A stretch of DNA of 57,409 nt from an uncultured virus (IMG/VR IMGVR_UViG_3300018049_001835). Its lineage: Duplodnaviria > Heunggongvirae > Uroviricota > Caudoviricetes. The position numbers and the translations under genes were made by a program. How positions within the stretch are numbered: the stretch's first letter is position 1; every line of letters starts with the position of its first letter. The DNA lies in the IMG/VR virus record IMGVR_UViG_3300018049_001835; one strand, written 5' to 3'. Below the pieces are notes generated by a model. That model had not been told where the DNA came from and searched no databases. It worked only from the letters and a program-made list of their open reading frames with translations. This document shows, in pieces, positions 19,178 to 29,025 of the stretch.

Positions 19178-19867
19178 TTACAATGTTGGTAATAGTCCGT
19201 TATCCGTGTTTAATAGATTAGGACTTGTAAGCGTACCGTAATCAGCATCTACAAGATCTTTTAAAAAGTCTACAAAATTGTCAGTGTTACTTTCAAAATC
19301 ACCAAAGTCTAAATTAATGAATAAGTCATTTAGTGTTCTTATGTCAACATCGTATACATTACTTTGTACGTTTGTACCTGTAAGTGTTCCTACATTTAAA
19401 ATAGCAAAGCCGTTTGCGTTTAGGTTAGCATTTAGGGTTGGATTTGTGTCAGTTTCTAGTGATGCATTTCCGCTAATGGTTACAGAGTTGTTTGATTCGT
19501 TTGCCTGCGTAGTTATGCCACTACCGCCCTGTATACGCAAAGTGCCTCTCGCAGGAACAGTTATAGTTCCTGTATCTGCAACTATAGGTCTAGCAGCCAG
19601 TGTTGGATCTACTGATAATGTTATATCATTAGGATTTGCTGTAACAGTAATGTCGTTTGATCCTACAATGGATTTAAATTCTAAATTATAACCAGTGCGT
19701 TGTTTGAAAACACCGGCACCTGAGCCTAGGTTTTCGCCTTCTGTTTTATCATCAATACGTAGGTCTAAATCCTCAAGACTTCGATTAATTTTGATAAAGG
19801 CTTCTCTAAGGTCATCGCCTGTACCATCGTTTGCAATTCTACCTATGTTTACTAATTCTACTGCCAT
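19178..19867 (-). CDS. Baseplate/tail-fibre connector-like protein (T4 gp9/gp10-type N-terminus)
   Basis: NIGRIANDGTGDDLREAFIKIN. Start placed at ATG 19867. Confidence 0.7.
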   Translation of the reverse strand: MAVELVNIGRIANDGTGDDLREAFIKINRSLEDLDLRIDDKTEGENLGSGAGVFKQRTGYNLEFKSIVGSNDITVTANPNDITLSVDPTLAARPIVADTGTITVPARGTLRIQGGSGITTQANESNNSVTISGNASLETDTNPTLNANLNANGFAILNVGTLTGTNVQSNVYDVDIRTLNDLFINLDFGDFESNTDNFVDFLKDLVDADYGTLTSPNLLNTDNGLLPTL

Positions 19868-19889
19868 TGTTGGTTTCCTATCATATATT

Positions 19890-19913
19890 GTATTTATCAA
19901 ACCTGATAAATAC
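19890..19913. promoter_or_regulatory. Back-to-back late-type promoters forming a palindrome
   Basis: GTATTTATCA-AACC-TGATAAATAC between divergent genes, with ATAAATA on each strand. Confidence 0.7.
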
Positions 19914-19931
19914 TGTAACAAGGAGTTTTAC

Positions 19932-22199
19932 ATGGCAAGACCATCTTTTAGAAATATAGGACTACGCAGAGATTTAAACCTTTCTGACTTATCTAACAAA
20001 GATCAAGCACTAAACAATGTGCTAAACAACCTTGTTGTAGGTAGTGATAATAAGGTTTTTACAGGCGGCGATCTAGATGCTATTAAAGGAATAAGCAATA
20101 GCACAGTAACTAATAGAGATATCGGCCTAATGGCAGGACTTGCTGTAAAAAATACTGTATTAAACGAAGATAACGAACTAGAAGATGTAATAGCATCTCC
20201 AGTTATTACAGTAAAAAATCAATTAGACACTATTATCGCAACTACTAATGATCCACCATTCTTTAATGGAGGAGACGGTTTAATTGCTAGATTTTATGAA
20301 ACTGATCAGATTAGCCAAAATTTAACAAAAAATAGTACAGGTGCTACTATTGTTACAGGAGATCCTACGGTTACTAAGCCTTATTGGAATAATGGTGTTT
20401 TTGAATTCAGTAACAAATTAGACGATACACTCGGTGGTGCAAACGGACTAATACAATGGAGCGGATATTATGTTCCGGATGCAAGTGGACCTAGCACATT
20501 TAGTTTTTCAACAACAGGTTTAGTTATGTTTGAAGTTGCAGATGAATTTGGAGATTTACAAGTAGTTCAAAATACATTTGCAGAAGATAGACCAATTGAA
20601 CATTTAAGTGCAATGACAAGCCAAACAGATGTTACAGTAGATCCTATTGATGCAAGAACTGTAGTTATTGGCGACCAAATAATTGCGGCTGTAGATGATC
20701 AAGGTACTCCTATACTCGCAGCTGAAATTAGTAATGGTTTATTTGTAGATGGCGTAGGTAATAGCACAATAACACTTAACCAATCTGTTACAGCACCTGC
20801 TGGTTCTACATTTACGTATAGCATACAAAATAAAATCGGAAGTGAAAGTTTTAGTTTTATACATACAGAAGCAAATCTTGAAAAATATGTTCCTGTCCAA
20901 ATCAGATTAACATATTGGTATGCTTCGGAAAGTGCAAATTATTTTAACAAATTTATTGATTGCAATTTATCTACAAATATTAAAGATAGTGGAGATTGGC
21001 CTTACTGGTATCTCTATCAAGACGTACCAGTAGACTTTGAAGAAGACAGTTTTAAAGGATTTTACGATAAAAGATTACTTGTAGGCGGAGGTACTATTGG
21101 ACCTGAAGATGTAAACTTTAGTACGCAATACGCAAAATGGTTAAGTATTTCACCATTGACTGTTACATATGCGCCACCATTAAGATATGCTGACGCACTT
21201 AAAGCAGAGTATACCTACACGTTAACGCAAGATAGTAACGTTTTAGCAACAACTTCGACAAGCCCATATACTGATAATATAGAGATAGGCAATAAGATAA
21301 TCACTCCTGCTCTTACAAAAGGCACTAGCGTTAGTGATATTTCAAGAAATAATATTGTAATTGCTAATGCAACAGCATCGGCGGATGCTACAGTTCCTGT
21401 AAGATTTATGGATCATAGAGGATTTTTAGATGTACAAGCAGGAACGTCGAATAATTTTAATGTTACTATTACTACCACTGAAGGGTTAAAAGTAGGAACG
21501 GTAGTAGTTGCGGCAAGTAATCCTGCAGGCACAGATTATATAAGAGTTACTAGCATAGTTAGTATTCGTGAATTTACTACAAACATTGCTATGAATTTAA
21601 ACGGATTAGAAGAAGTATTTTTCTATGCAGATAAAGGTCTTCTTAACAATAGTTTAGATAATTTTTGTGTAGGAACATTAGGACGAGAACTTACACAAAC
21701 CGCAACAGTTGGTTCTAATCAACTAGTTTTAAATGATGTAAATGGATTTGGCCTAAACAATGTTATACAAAGTAGTCCTTACCTACCTGCTGTAGATGAA
21801 AATGATCCTACGACTTTAACTAGAATTACAGCCATAGATACTAACACAAATACAATAACGATTAATAAAACAGTTCAAGCACCGGACGATATGGTTGCTG
21901 GTACTACTGTAGTTATTTGTCCTACTGACACAACACAAAATAAAGAAGCATGTGTTATTCCTTTAAACACAGCGCCACCTTTTGTAGGAACATTAAACGG
22001 ACTTAGAACTACAGATGGTCTAGGTGCTACAGTTGGACTACAAATGATTAATGGTAACAGTGTGTTAAAGGTAAGAGATCTTGTTGCTGAAAACTGTAAT
22101 GTTACACAATTAGGAATAGGGGTAACAAATAATTTTGATAGAACTGTTCCTATTACGTTTAATGGTACAGTTTACAAAGTATTAGCATCAACTAGTTAA
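19932..22199 (+). CDS. Putative tail fibre/receptor-binding protein with a PA14-like domain
   Basis: AGGAG SD before ATG 19932. NLSDL...ALNN fibre-type N-terminus; GLIARFY...IQWSGYYVP...F.F...IRLTYW PA14-like pattern. Confidence 0.65.
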   Translation: MARPSFRNIGLRRDLNLSDLSNKDQALNNVLNNLVVGSDNKVFTGGDLDAIKGISNSTVTNRDIGLMAGLAVKNTVLNEDNELEDVIASPVITVKNQLDTIIATTNDPPFFNGGDGLIARFYETDQISQNLTKNSTGATIVTGDPTVTKPYWNNGVFEFSNKLDDTLGGANGLIQWSGYYVPDASGPSTFSFSTTGLVMFEVADEFGDLQVVQNTFAEDRPIEHLSAMTSQTDVTVDPIDARTVVIGDQIIAAVDDQGTPILAAEISNGLFVDGVGNSTITLNQSVTAPAGSTFTYSIQNKIGSESFSFIHTEANLEKYVPVQIRLTYWYASESANYFNKFIDCNLSTNIKDSGDWPYWYLYQDVPVDFEEDSFKGFYDKRLLVGGGTIGPEDVNFSTQYAKWLSISPLTVTYAPPLRYADALKAEYTYTLTQDSNVLATTSTSPYTDNIEIGNKIITPALTKGTSVSDISRNNIVIANATASADATVPVRFMDHRGFLDVQAGTSNNFNVTITTTEGLKVGTVVVAASNPAGTDYIRVTSIVSIREFTTNIAMNLNGLEEVFFYADKGLLNNSLDNFCVGTLGRELTQTATVGSNQLVLNDVNGFGLNNVIQSSPYLPAVDENDPTTLTRITAIDTNTNTITINKTVQAPDDMVAGTTVVICPTDTTQNKEACVIPLNTAPPFVGTLNGLRTTDGLGATVGLQMINGNSVLKVRDLVAENCNVTQLGIGVTNNFDRTVPITFNGTVYKVLASTS

Positions 22200-23192
22200 A
22201 CACAAATAGTAGTCAATACCATCAATCTTTACTTTTGCTTTATGTGTAAAAGTTGTATTGTTTACAGTTCCACTTTCTGTTATAGGTGTAACACCGTCAA
22301 CTAATATACCATTGTTTAATTTAAGATCACCGGTTTGTGCAGAAACGGCGTTAGTTGTTAACTTAGTATTAACACCAGTGCCTGTAACTTCCCAAGGATT
22401 AGACGTATCACTAAATGCTCTAATACGCTGTATATTTGTAACAGGGCTTGATGGATTTGTTATGTAAAGGCCTGGACTAGATGTTATTACGCCTTCTGTA
22501 ACAATCATATCTGAAGGATCTTCGATACTAAATGTACCCTCCATTTTAAAATCATCATCTGTGGCTACATCTCTATCTTCAACAAATTTTTTGTTTGCTT
22601 GATACTTTGCAATGTCAAGGTATTGATAAATTTCTAGAAATTGATTTGCATACGTGTCTTCAGGTTCAATACCACCCGCTCCTTCCGGATTTTCGCTACC
22701 TGTTGAAAGACCACTACTAAATCCTGCTGTGTCTTCAACAGCACCTAAGTATGTTAAGTTTGATAATACAACGGCGTCTGATCTAACAACTTTAAACCCA
22801 GCACTAGGTGGTGCAAAAGTATATTGTTCTTCTAACTCAACATCAGTTGCAAACCCAAAAGTTTTTTCACCATCACTATCTGCTGCGTAGAGATCGTCTT
22901 TTAATACATTATCGTTTACATCTAGAATTTTTATAGGGTCACCATTTGTAAAAACAGCACTCCTAGCCGCATTTTTTGCAGGAGTGTCGTTTACTAGTGT
23001 AACTAATCCTGTAATAAAATTGTATTCTAATGCGTCTATTTCTAAAACACTAACGTTTTGGTTATTGTTAATAAACAAACTTATATCGTCTGCAATAGGT
23101 GCTTCAGCAAGGTTATTAAGTAACTGTCTGTCCTGTGTGTTTTCTAATAAGTTAGCGGATTGTAAAAATCCTTGTATACTACTTCCTGCCAT
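22188..23192 (-). CDS. Putative tail-associated structural protein
   Basis: Acidic and beta-rich; shares terminal motifs with its neighbours. Confidence 0.6.
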   Translation of the reverse strand: MAGSSIQGFLQSANLLENTQDRQLLNNLAEAPIADDISLFINNNQNVSVLEIDALEYNFITGLVTLVNDTPAKNAARSAVFTNGDPIKILDVNDNVLKDDLYAADSDGEKTFGFATDVELEEQYTFAPPSAGFKVVRSDAVVLSNLTYLGAVEDTAGFSSGLSTGSENPEGAGGIEPEDTYANQFLEIYQYLDIAKYQANKKFVEDRDVATDDDFKMEGTFSIEDPSDMIVTEGVITSSPGLYITNPSSPVTNIQRIRAFSDTSNPWEVTGTGVNTKLTTNAVSAQTGDLKLNNGILVDGVTPITESGTVNNTTFTHKAKVKIDGIDYYLCLTS

Positions 23193-23193
23193 T

Positions 23194-25578
23194 TTATAAC
23201 CTCATATTCCACCCTTTAGATCTAAGGTACTCAATTTGTTCTACAGCGTCACCTGTTGGTGTTGAGGTATTAGCAAGGTTAATGCTTATACCACTACGAG
23301 GATTCGCTTCATAGTTAGCAACTAGATCTGCAACAATATTATTTACCGCTCCAGTTGGTAAGTTAGGATTGTTACTTATATCAAATCTATATAAAGATCT
23401 GCAACTTACTAATGCACCTGCTACATAATCTGTAAAGTTGTTGTTGTTTAGATAGAAGTCGTAACATAATGTAAGATTATTCATATCTGGAACAGCGCCA
23501 GTTATTTGATTGTAACTGATAAACAAACGTCTAAGATTAGGTGTTTCAAGTCCGTTAAATGATGTTAATTGATTGCTGTGTACATAGTAGTATTGTAATG
23601 CATTGCTTTGTATAACCGGAATAGCACCACTAAAACTATTTCCATATAAGTGACAATAGTATAATAGTGGATTATTAAAGAAATTAGGCAAAGGACCTGT
23701 AAAGTTATTTTGTAACATTACGATATAACGTAGGTTCTGCATTGTATTTAAACTAGGAAATGCTCCGCTTACACCTGCATTAAACGATCTAAATACGATA
23801 CCTATCATGCCTGTTGGTTTTTCAAAACAATCAGGGTGCATAGGAGCATTTAACAAACTACTACTTGCTACATGGAAGTAACGCATTGCACTTGCACAGT
23901 CGTCAAACACATCGTCATACAAAACGTAGTCTTGTTCTGTGTCAGATCGCCCGCCTCTTAGTCTTGTATACTGAGCTTGTACATAGTAAAGTCTACTGTT
24001 ACCTGCAAATTTAGGTATAGGTCCGTAATAGCCGCTTGAGTATGCATATATTAATCTTAAGTTACCACAGTTAGCAAACTTATAACTTCCGCTCGTTGTA
24101 GTAAACAAATTAGAATCTGGTGCTATTCCACTACCACTATTATAGTGAGCATAAAATAAATCCATTGAATTTTTATTGGCTAAGTTAGGAACGTTTATAC
24201 CCGGGTTACCACCTATGTTTACATAGTTGATTACAGGACTTAATATTTGGAAGTTATTATCGTATATACTATTGCTATATAAATTAATCTGTCTAAGGTC
24301 AGGCAAGTCTTTTACACTTTGCGGAACAGTATTAAAACTGTTTCTGTACATGTAATAGTTTTGAACTGTATTTGCTACTTCGGGAGTTGAACCAGTTGGA
24401 TCGTCTGCATCTTGATCAAAATAATTAAATGCACCACCTCTGCTGTGTCCGTTTAGATTTAATGTAAGCAAATTTGTTAGTGTTGTTAAGTCTGCTGTAA
24501 TACTTCCGTTAAAAGTATTACCAAATCTAATCTCTCTAACAGTGTTTGGTATACGTGCTAATACATCATTATTAAATTTACGTAAATTAGGTTCGTCACC
24601 TAGTGTGAAATTATTTTCACGCACATCTAATAATCTGCAATCGGGCACAAAAGTATTAAAATCTGGAAACGTTTTTATAACATTTCCATTTAGATATAAA
24701 TTTTGACAATTTTCTAGTTGTGCAGCAGGTAATTCACTTATTCCTACTCCTGATAAAGGTAGTGTTAAAATATTATTTGGGTTATGATAAATTTCTATGT
24801 TTTTAGATGCCGCCCCTGTATCTCTGTATCTTAAGAAACTTCTAGTAGTATTAGAGCCTCCAACATTTTCATACTCCTTTGTTAGGTAGTCAAACTGATT
24901 ATTAACTATTCTCCAACTAACCGCGCCTGCTGTAACAAGTCTCAAGTCACTATCTAAATTACGGAAAAATCCTTCAAATATTAAAGGTATTCCTTTCATA
25001 GCATACAGATAAACTGTCTGGCCATTTATAGTTGCTTGTATTTTATGAGTAGGTACTTCGGAACTTCTAAATCTAACAAGGTCTGCTGGTTTAAGTATTT
25101 CTAATGTTTGTGTTTCAACAGCACCATCAACTTCTATTTGACTACCATAAAAAATTGGACTAGTATCTGTTGCAGGGCTGTCTGTACTACTCCAACTACT
25201 TACACGGCTTGTGCTTATATCAGCAAACTTTAAAGTAGAATTATCATCGTCTACGTATTGATACTTAATTGCACCTGCACCTAATACACCATTTACAGTT
25301 AGATTTCCTTTTAGTGATTCAGAGGTGCCTGCTGTTTCATCAATGATTGCACTATATTGTAAAGTATCTTGATAAAGTTTTACTAGATATGTTTGGACAG
25401 GAACATTAAGCCCACTTAGAGCTTTTACATCATCTGCTGTAATACCTAAATCGCCAGCTGCTCCTCGTATAACATCAAGGTCGTTAATATCGATGCCAAT
25501 GTTAGCTAAAGCCGCTAAAGGATCTGCAACATCTGCAAGACTTCTGTTTACGTTTAGACCGAATTTTATTTCCGCCAT
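23194..25578 (-). CDS. Leucine-rich-repeat protein in the tail module
   Basis: Many LxxLxLxxN repeats, including LQNNFTGPLP, LYGNSFSGAIP and ISYNQITGAVP. Confidence 0.8.
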   Translation of the reverse strand: MAEIKFGLNVNRSLADVADPLAALANIGIDINDLDVIRGAAGDLGITADDVKALSGLNVPVQTYLVKLYQDTLQYSAIIDETAGTSESLKGNLTVNGVLGAGAIKYQYVDDDNSTLKFADISTSRVSSWSSTDSPATDTSPIFYGSQIEVDGAVETQTLEILKPADLVRFRSSEVPTHKIQATINGQTVYLYAMKGIPLIFEGFFRNLDSDLRLVTAGAVSWRIVNNQFDYLTKEYENVGGSNTTRSFLRYRDTGAASKNIEIYHNPNNILTLPLSGVGISELPAAQLENCQNLYLNGNVIKTFPDFNTFVPDCRLLDVRENNFTLGDEPNLRKFNNDVLARIPNTVREIRFGNTFNGSITADLTTLTNLLTLNLNGHSRGGAFNYFDQDADDPTGSTPEVANTVQNYYMYRNSFNTVPQSVKDLPDLRQINLYSNSIYDNNFQILSPVINYVNIGGNPGINVPNLANKNSMDLFYAHYNSGSGIAPDSNLFTTTSGSYKFANCGNLRLIYAYSSGYYGPIPKFAGNSRLYYVQAQYTRLRGGRSDTEQDYVLYDDVFDDCASAMRYFHVASSSLLNAPMHPDCFEKPTGMIGIVFRSFNAGVSGAFPSLNTMQNLRYIVMLQNNFTGPLPNFFNNPLLYYCHLYGNSFSGAIPVIQSNALQYYYVHSNQLTSFNGLETPNLRRLFISYNQITGAVPDMNNLTLCYDFYLNNNNFTDYVAGALVSCRSLYRFDISNNPNLPTGAVNNIVADLVANYEANPRSGISINLANTSTPTGDAVEQIEYLRSKGWNMRL

Positions 25579-28500
25579 TTAATCTTCCTTCGTTGTAATA
25601 CTTGCGCTAACTAAGTTAACATCATTGTTTATAAGACTTCTTGCCGTAACAAATGTTGCTGTTGTATTTAATATTCCCGGAGATATTACAGTCCTATCTG
25701 GACCATAAACGCTTCCTAAGTCAACAGTATTATTCCTGTTTGGTGAAACATACAATGTGTCTTTAAGTTTACCAGGTCTTAAAGGTTGTGAATTTTGAAC
25801 ATCAACACTAGTACTTGCTAGTCTTTCTTTTGGAAGATAGTTTGCAGCAGGAACACCTGCACTTGATCCTCCTGAGAATACAACATCAACACCTGAATCG
25901 GTTATCCATTCAGGACAAAATGCTCTAGTAGTTCCGTTAATGTTTTCAGTAATAGTAATATTATTCATTCTAGCATTGTCACGCATGAATACTACCAAGT
26001 ACAAAGGTTTTGGCTGGAAACTAAAAATTTGCACTTTGTTAACTGATTTTTCTGGGTTACCTGTTATCAGTCTATCAGTAAGTCTTATAGGACTTAGTTG
26101 CAATGTAAATGCTCCGTTGTTTGGAGCACCGTCTATATCTATATAATATTTTTCAACATCTTCGTTATCAATATAACTCTTTAATTCTGATGTAAATCTA
26201 ATTCCGCTTGCTACGCCTGATTCTCCAAACTCACCACCTACTAGCGAAAAGCCGTTTATTATTTCACTCGGCTCTTGATCAAATATTATTATGTCTGAAG
26301 GAAGTCCTGATACTGGATCAGCACTTGCATATGTAACACTAAATTCTAATCTATCTTCTATCTTTACATCTATACCGCTACATATTCCGCTATCTGTACC
26401 TTCTGGTCTTGGTAATCTATAATCAATATCAAACCTAATGCCTAAGGGTGCATCGCCTTCTCTTTCTTCAAAACCGTCTCTATCTCTATAGAGTGAACTA
26501 TGTGTGAACTCTGCATGCAATATGTTTGCTAGGTCTGGCTCTATTTCTGTTATACCATCCTTTGCTAAAAACTTAACTTCATTAACTGGATTACCTAATG
26601 CATTTGTTCTAGTAGAAATTATAGGTTTGTTTTCTGTCACTCCAATTAAGAATTCACAAAACTGTGTGCCTTCTGTAGTTACAGGGTTTAAATAATTACA
26701 TTCAAATCCGTCACCTGTAATTGGATATGTTGAACCAGCAATATGATCATAGTAACTTGTAAATCTAACAGCGTCAACTGGTACACTTGCTAAATCAGTA
26801 ACTACACCATTTAGTAAAACTTGCGGATCGATAGTTCCTGTAGAACTTTTCTCGTACAGAGCGTCAAATCCAATTCGTTCAATATTTGCTGTTGATTCAC
26901 TTGTAATAGCCGCATAACAACTGTTAATACCAGGAACAATTAATTTACTGTCGTCGTCACGTGTTCTAAAAATAGGATTGCCGTCTGCTGTTCCGCCACT
27001 TGCATATGCTGTAAATCCAGACGTGTCAACAGCATTTGAATAGTCAGCATCTGAATATAATGCAAACTGTGTCGCAGATAAAACATCTATGTAATACTCT
27101 TGAAAATTAACTTCTGTCATACCAACTACATTTTCTAATGTAACTTTTTGTCCAATAAAGAATCCATGATCTGTATCTGTAGTAACAATTCCTGGATTTG
27201 CTTGGCTTATATTTGCAATGTTTACAGTTGGTTGTGGATTAATTGTTATTTCACTACCTGCACCATTAATATTAACACTTCTAACTATACCATTCTGTGT
27301 AGCATGTAAACTAGGTGCATAGTGATGCCCAAATGCTGGGCACCCGTTAATTTCAACCAATTGCACTTCCGATAGTTGATCACAATCTATTTTCAAATCC
27401 ACTGGAAAAACATTTTTCTTATTAGGCTTTTCTACACCGTCACTATTTTTAATTGTACGCTTTGGATAAATCCCCGCAATAGATGTTTGTCTTGCATTAT
27501 TTACAGTTTTGTCATCACTAGTATAACTGTAATATTTTCCTGCACTATTATCGCCACCGTCTATATAGCACGAAGCACCATATTTGTAAAGGTACTGTGG
27601 TTCTCTAATGTTACTTGTGTTTCTAATATCTTGTAGATATCTAAATTTAAAATATGGGTCTTGTAAACAAGGCTCGCCTAATTGGTTTTCAATTGTTAGT
27701 GTATGCATAAGCACCCAACGTGCATCACCTGTGTCTGTTGGAATATAAGCATAGAACTTAGCACCAATAGCACCATACCAACCAAACTCAATTTTGTACA
27801 TAGTAACTTTGGTTGGGTCGAGTAAGTAACCTGATCGACCATTACCATCTAACGCATCGCCGTTGAAAAAATCTCTAGTAATTACTAGTTCATAAAATTC
27901 ATCTTCTACGAAAGGTTCTCTACTAGAAACTACTTGTTGATTGTTTTCATTCATGCCCATTCTTTGTAGAACTTCATTTGGCAATCTAACTGTACTACGT
28001 CTTACGATATTAAACTGTGGACCTCTAATCTGAAATACATATTCATCTGTAGGATTTCCGATACCCCACTCAATGATGTTGTCTATACTTGCTTCGTCTC
28101 GGCTTGCTCTAAAACCAAAAGTGTATCCTGATATACGTCCAGGCTGATATCTATATGCTTTTTTACTTTGTAGTAAGCCAAAGTATTGTATATTATCTGT
28201 TTGTCCTGGTCTAGTATTTGTAGCATCATATCCTACAGGAAATTTAATTGGGGTATTAGTATTAGGATCAATAAGCAATCCATCTCGCATGTTCATCCAT
28301 GCTTGACACCAATTTTCAATTAAATCATAGCCTAATTGTTCATCATCAGGATATTCTACATCGCCATCTTGTACAAAGCATATAGCAGGATTTAAAAAGT
28401 TTTCTTCTGCAAATTGTTCATTGGTACCAATATATAAATTATACATATCGTTACCAAGATTAATAAATTGTAAGTATCTATTAAATACAGCCTCGTTGTA

Positions 28501-29022
28501 TCCGCCATTAATGTAATTTGGGCCTGGTGGAAAAGTAAATGCTACTGGAAAACTTTCTACAACTAATGCTTGCTCGTTTGTTTCTTCAACTAGTCTTGTA
28601 TAAAAATGATCACCATAAACTCTATTACGTCTACGATACCATCCATCAGGACGACCAAATACTCCATTATACTGAAAAAATTCCCATTCTTCAGGATTAA
28701 GACCGTATGTACTAACATCAGAAAACAAACTTAATTGTACTTCAGCTCTAGGTATGCCTAGTAGTGTCGTACTAACTTGCGAAGTTTCGGCAAATTGTTC
28801 TTCTATAGAAAGTTGTGTATTATCTACTACAGCATTATTAATAACTACACTTGTACTGTTTTCTGCTTTAGATAGAGCTTCTACTGGACCTTCATCTTCG
28901 GTAACAATTATTTGCCCGTTTGAATCTCGTAGTGGTACCCCTTTTACAATATCATAAAGAGGTACAAATGACTTTGAAGTAGGTATAGGTATTCTGTCGA
29001 ATCCTATTTTTATCTGAGGCAT
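25579..29022 (-). CDS. Large virion structural protein (paralogue of the next gene)
   Basis: RYQPGR.S..TFG, KVTM.K.EF.WYGA.GA and KYGAS.YIDGGD shared with 29026-33765. Inserted ANPGIVTTDTDHG...GMTEVN module. Confidence 0.7.
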   Translation of the reverse strand: MPQIKIGFDRIPIPTSKSFVPLYDIVKGVPLRDSNGQIIVTEDEGPVEALSKAENSTSVVINNAVVDNTQLSIEEQFAETSQVSTTLLGIPRAEVQLSLFSDVSTYGLNPEEWEFFQYNGVFGRPDGWYRRRNRVYGDHFYTRLVEETNEQALVVESFPVAFTFPPGPNYINGGYNEAVFNRYLQFINLGNDMYNLYIGTNEQFAEENFLNPAICFVQDGDVEYPDDEQLGYDLIENWCQAWMNMRDGLLIDPNTNTPIKFPVGYDATNTRPGQTDNIQYFGLLQSKKAYRYQPGRISGYTFGFRASRDEASIDNIIEWGIGNPTDEYVFQIRGPQFNIVRRSTVRLPNEVLQRMGMNENNQQVVSSREPFVEDEFYELVITRDFFNGDALDGNGRSGYLLDPTKVTMYKIEFGWYGAIGAKFYAYIPTDTGDARWVLMHTLTIENQLGEPCLQDPYFKFRYLQDIRNTSNIREPQYLYKYGASCYIDGGDNSAGKYYSYTSDDKTVNNARQTSIAGIYPKRTIKNSDGVEKPNKKNVFPVDLKIDCDQLSEVQLVEINGCPAFGHHYAPSLHATQNGIVRSVNINGAGSEITINPQPTVNIANISQANPGIVTTDTDHGFFIGQKVTLENVVGMTEVNFQEYYIDVLSATQFALYSDADYSNAVDTSGFTAYASGGTADGNPIFRTRDDDSKLIVPGINSCYAAITSESTANIERIGFDALYEKSSTGTIDPQVLLNGVVTDLASVPVDAVRFTSYYDHIAGSTYPITGDGFECNYLNPVTTEGTQFCEFLIGVTENKPIISTRTNALGNPVNEVKFLAKDGITEIEPDLANILHAEFTHSSLYRDRDGFEEREGDAPLGIRFDIDYRLPRPEGTDSGICSGIDVKIEDRLEFSVTYASADPVSGLPSDIIIFDQEPSEIINGFSLVGGEFGESGVASGIRFTSELKSYIDNEDVEKYYIDIDGAPNNGAFTLQLSPIRLTDRLITGNPEKSVNKVQIFSFQPKPLYLVVFMRDNARMNNITITENINGTTRAFCPEWITDSGVDVVFSGGSSAGVPAANYLPKERLASTSVDVQNSQPLRPGKLKDTLYVSPNRNNTVDLGSVYGPDRTVISPGILNTTATFVTARSLINNDVNLVSASITTKED

Positions 29023-29025
29023 TTA

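Noticed and set aside
19695..19931. Long N-terminal extensions in the ORF track (also phoH, thyX, iscA, PMM, GT, queD and the 19921 start)
   Set aside because: They overlap neighbouring genes or promoters. Downstream starts have an SD or stop-start coupling and match the domain boundaries.
19868..22260. Invertible (shufflon-like) segment around the plus-strand fibre gene
   Set aside because: I found no flanking inverted repeats and no recombinase in the window.
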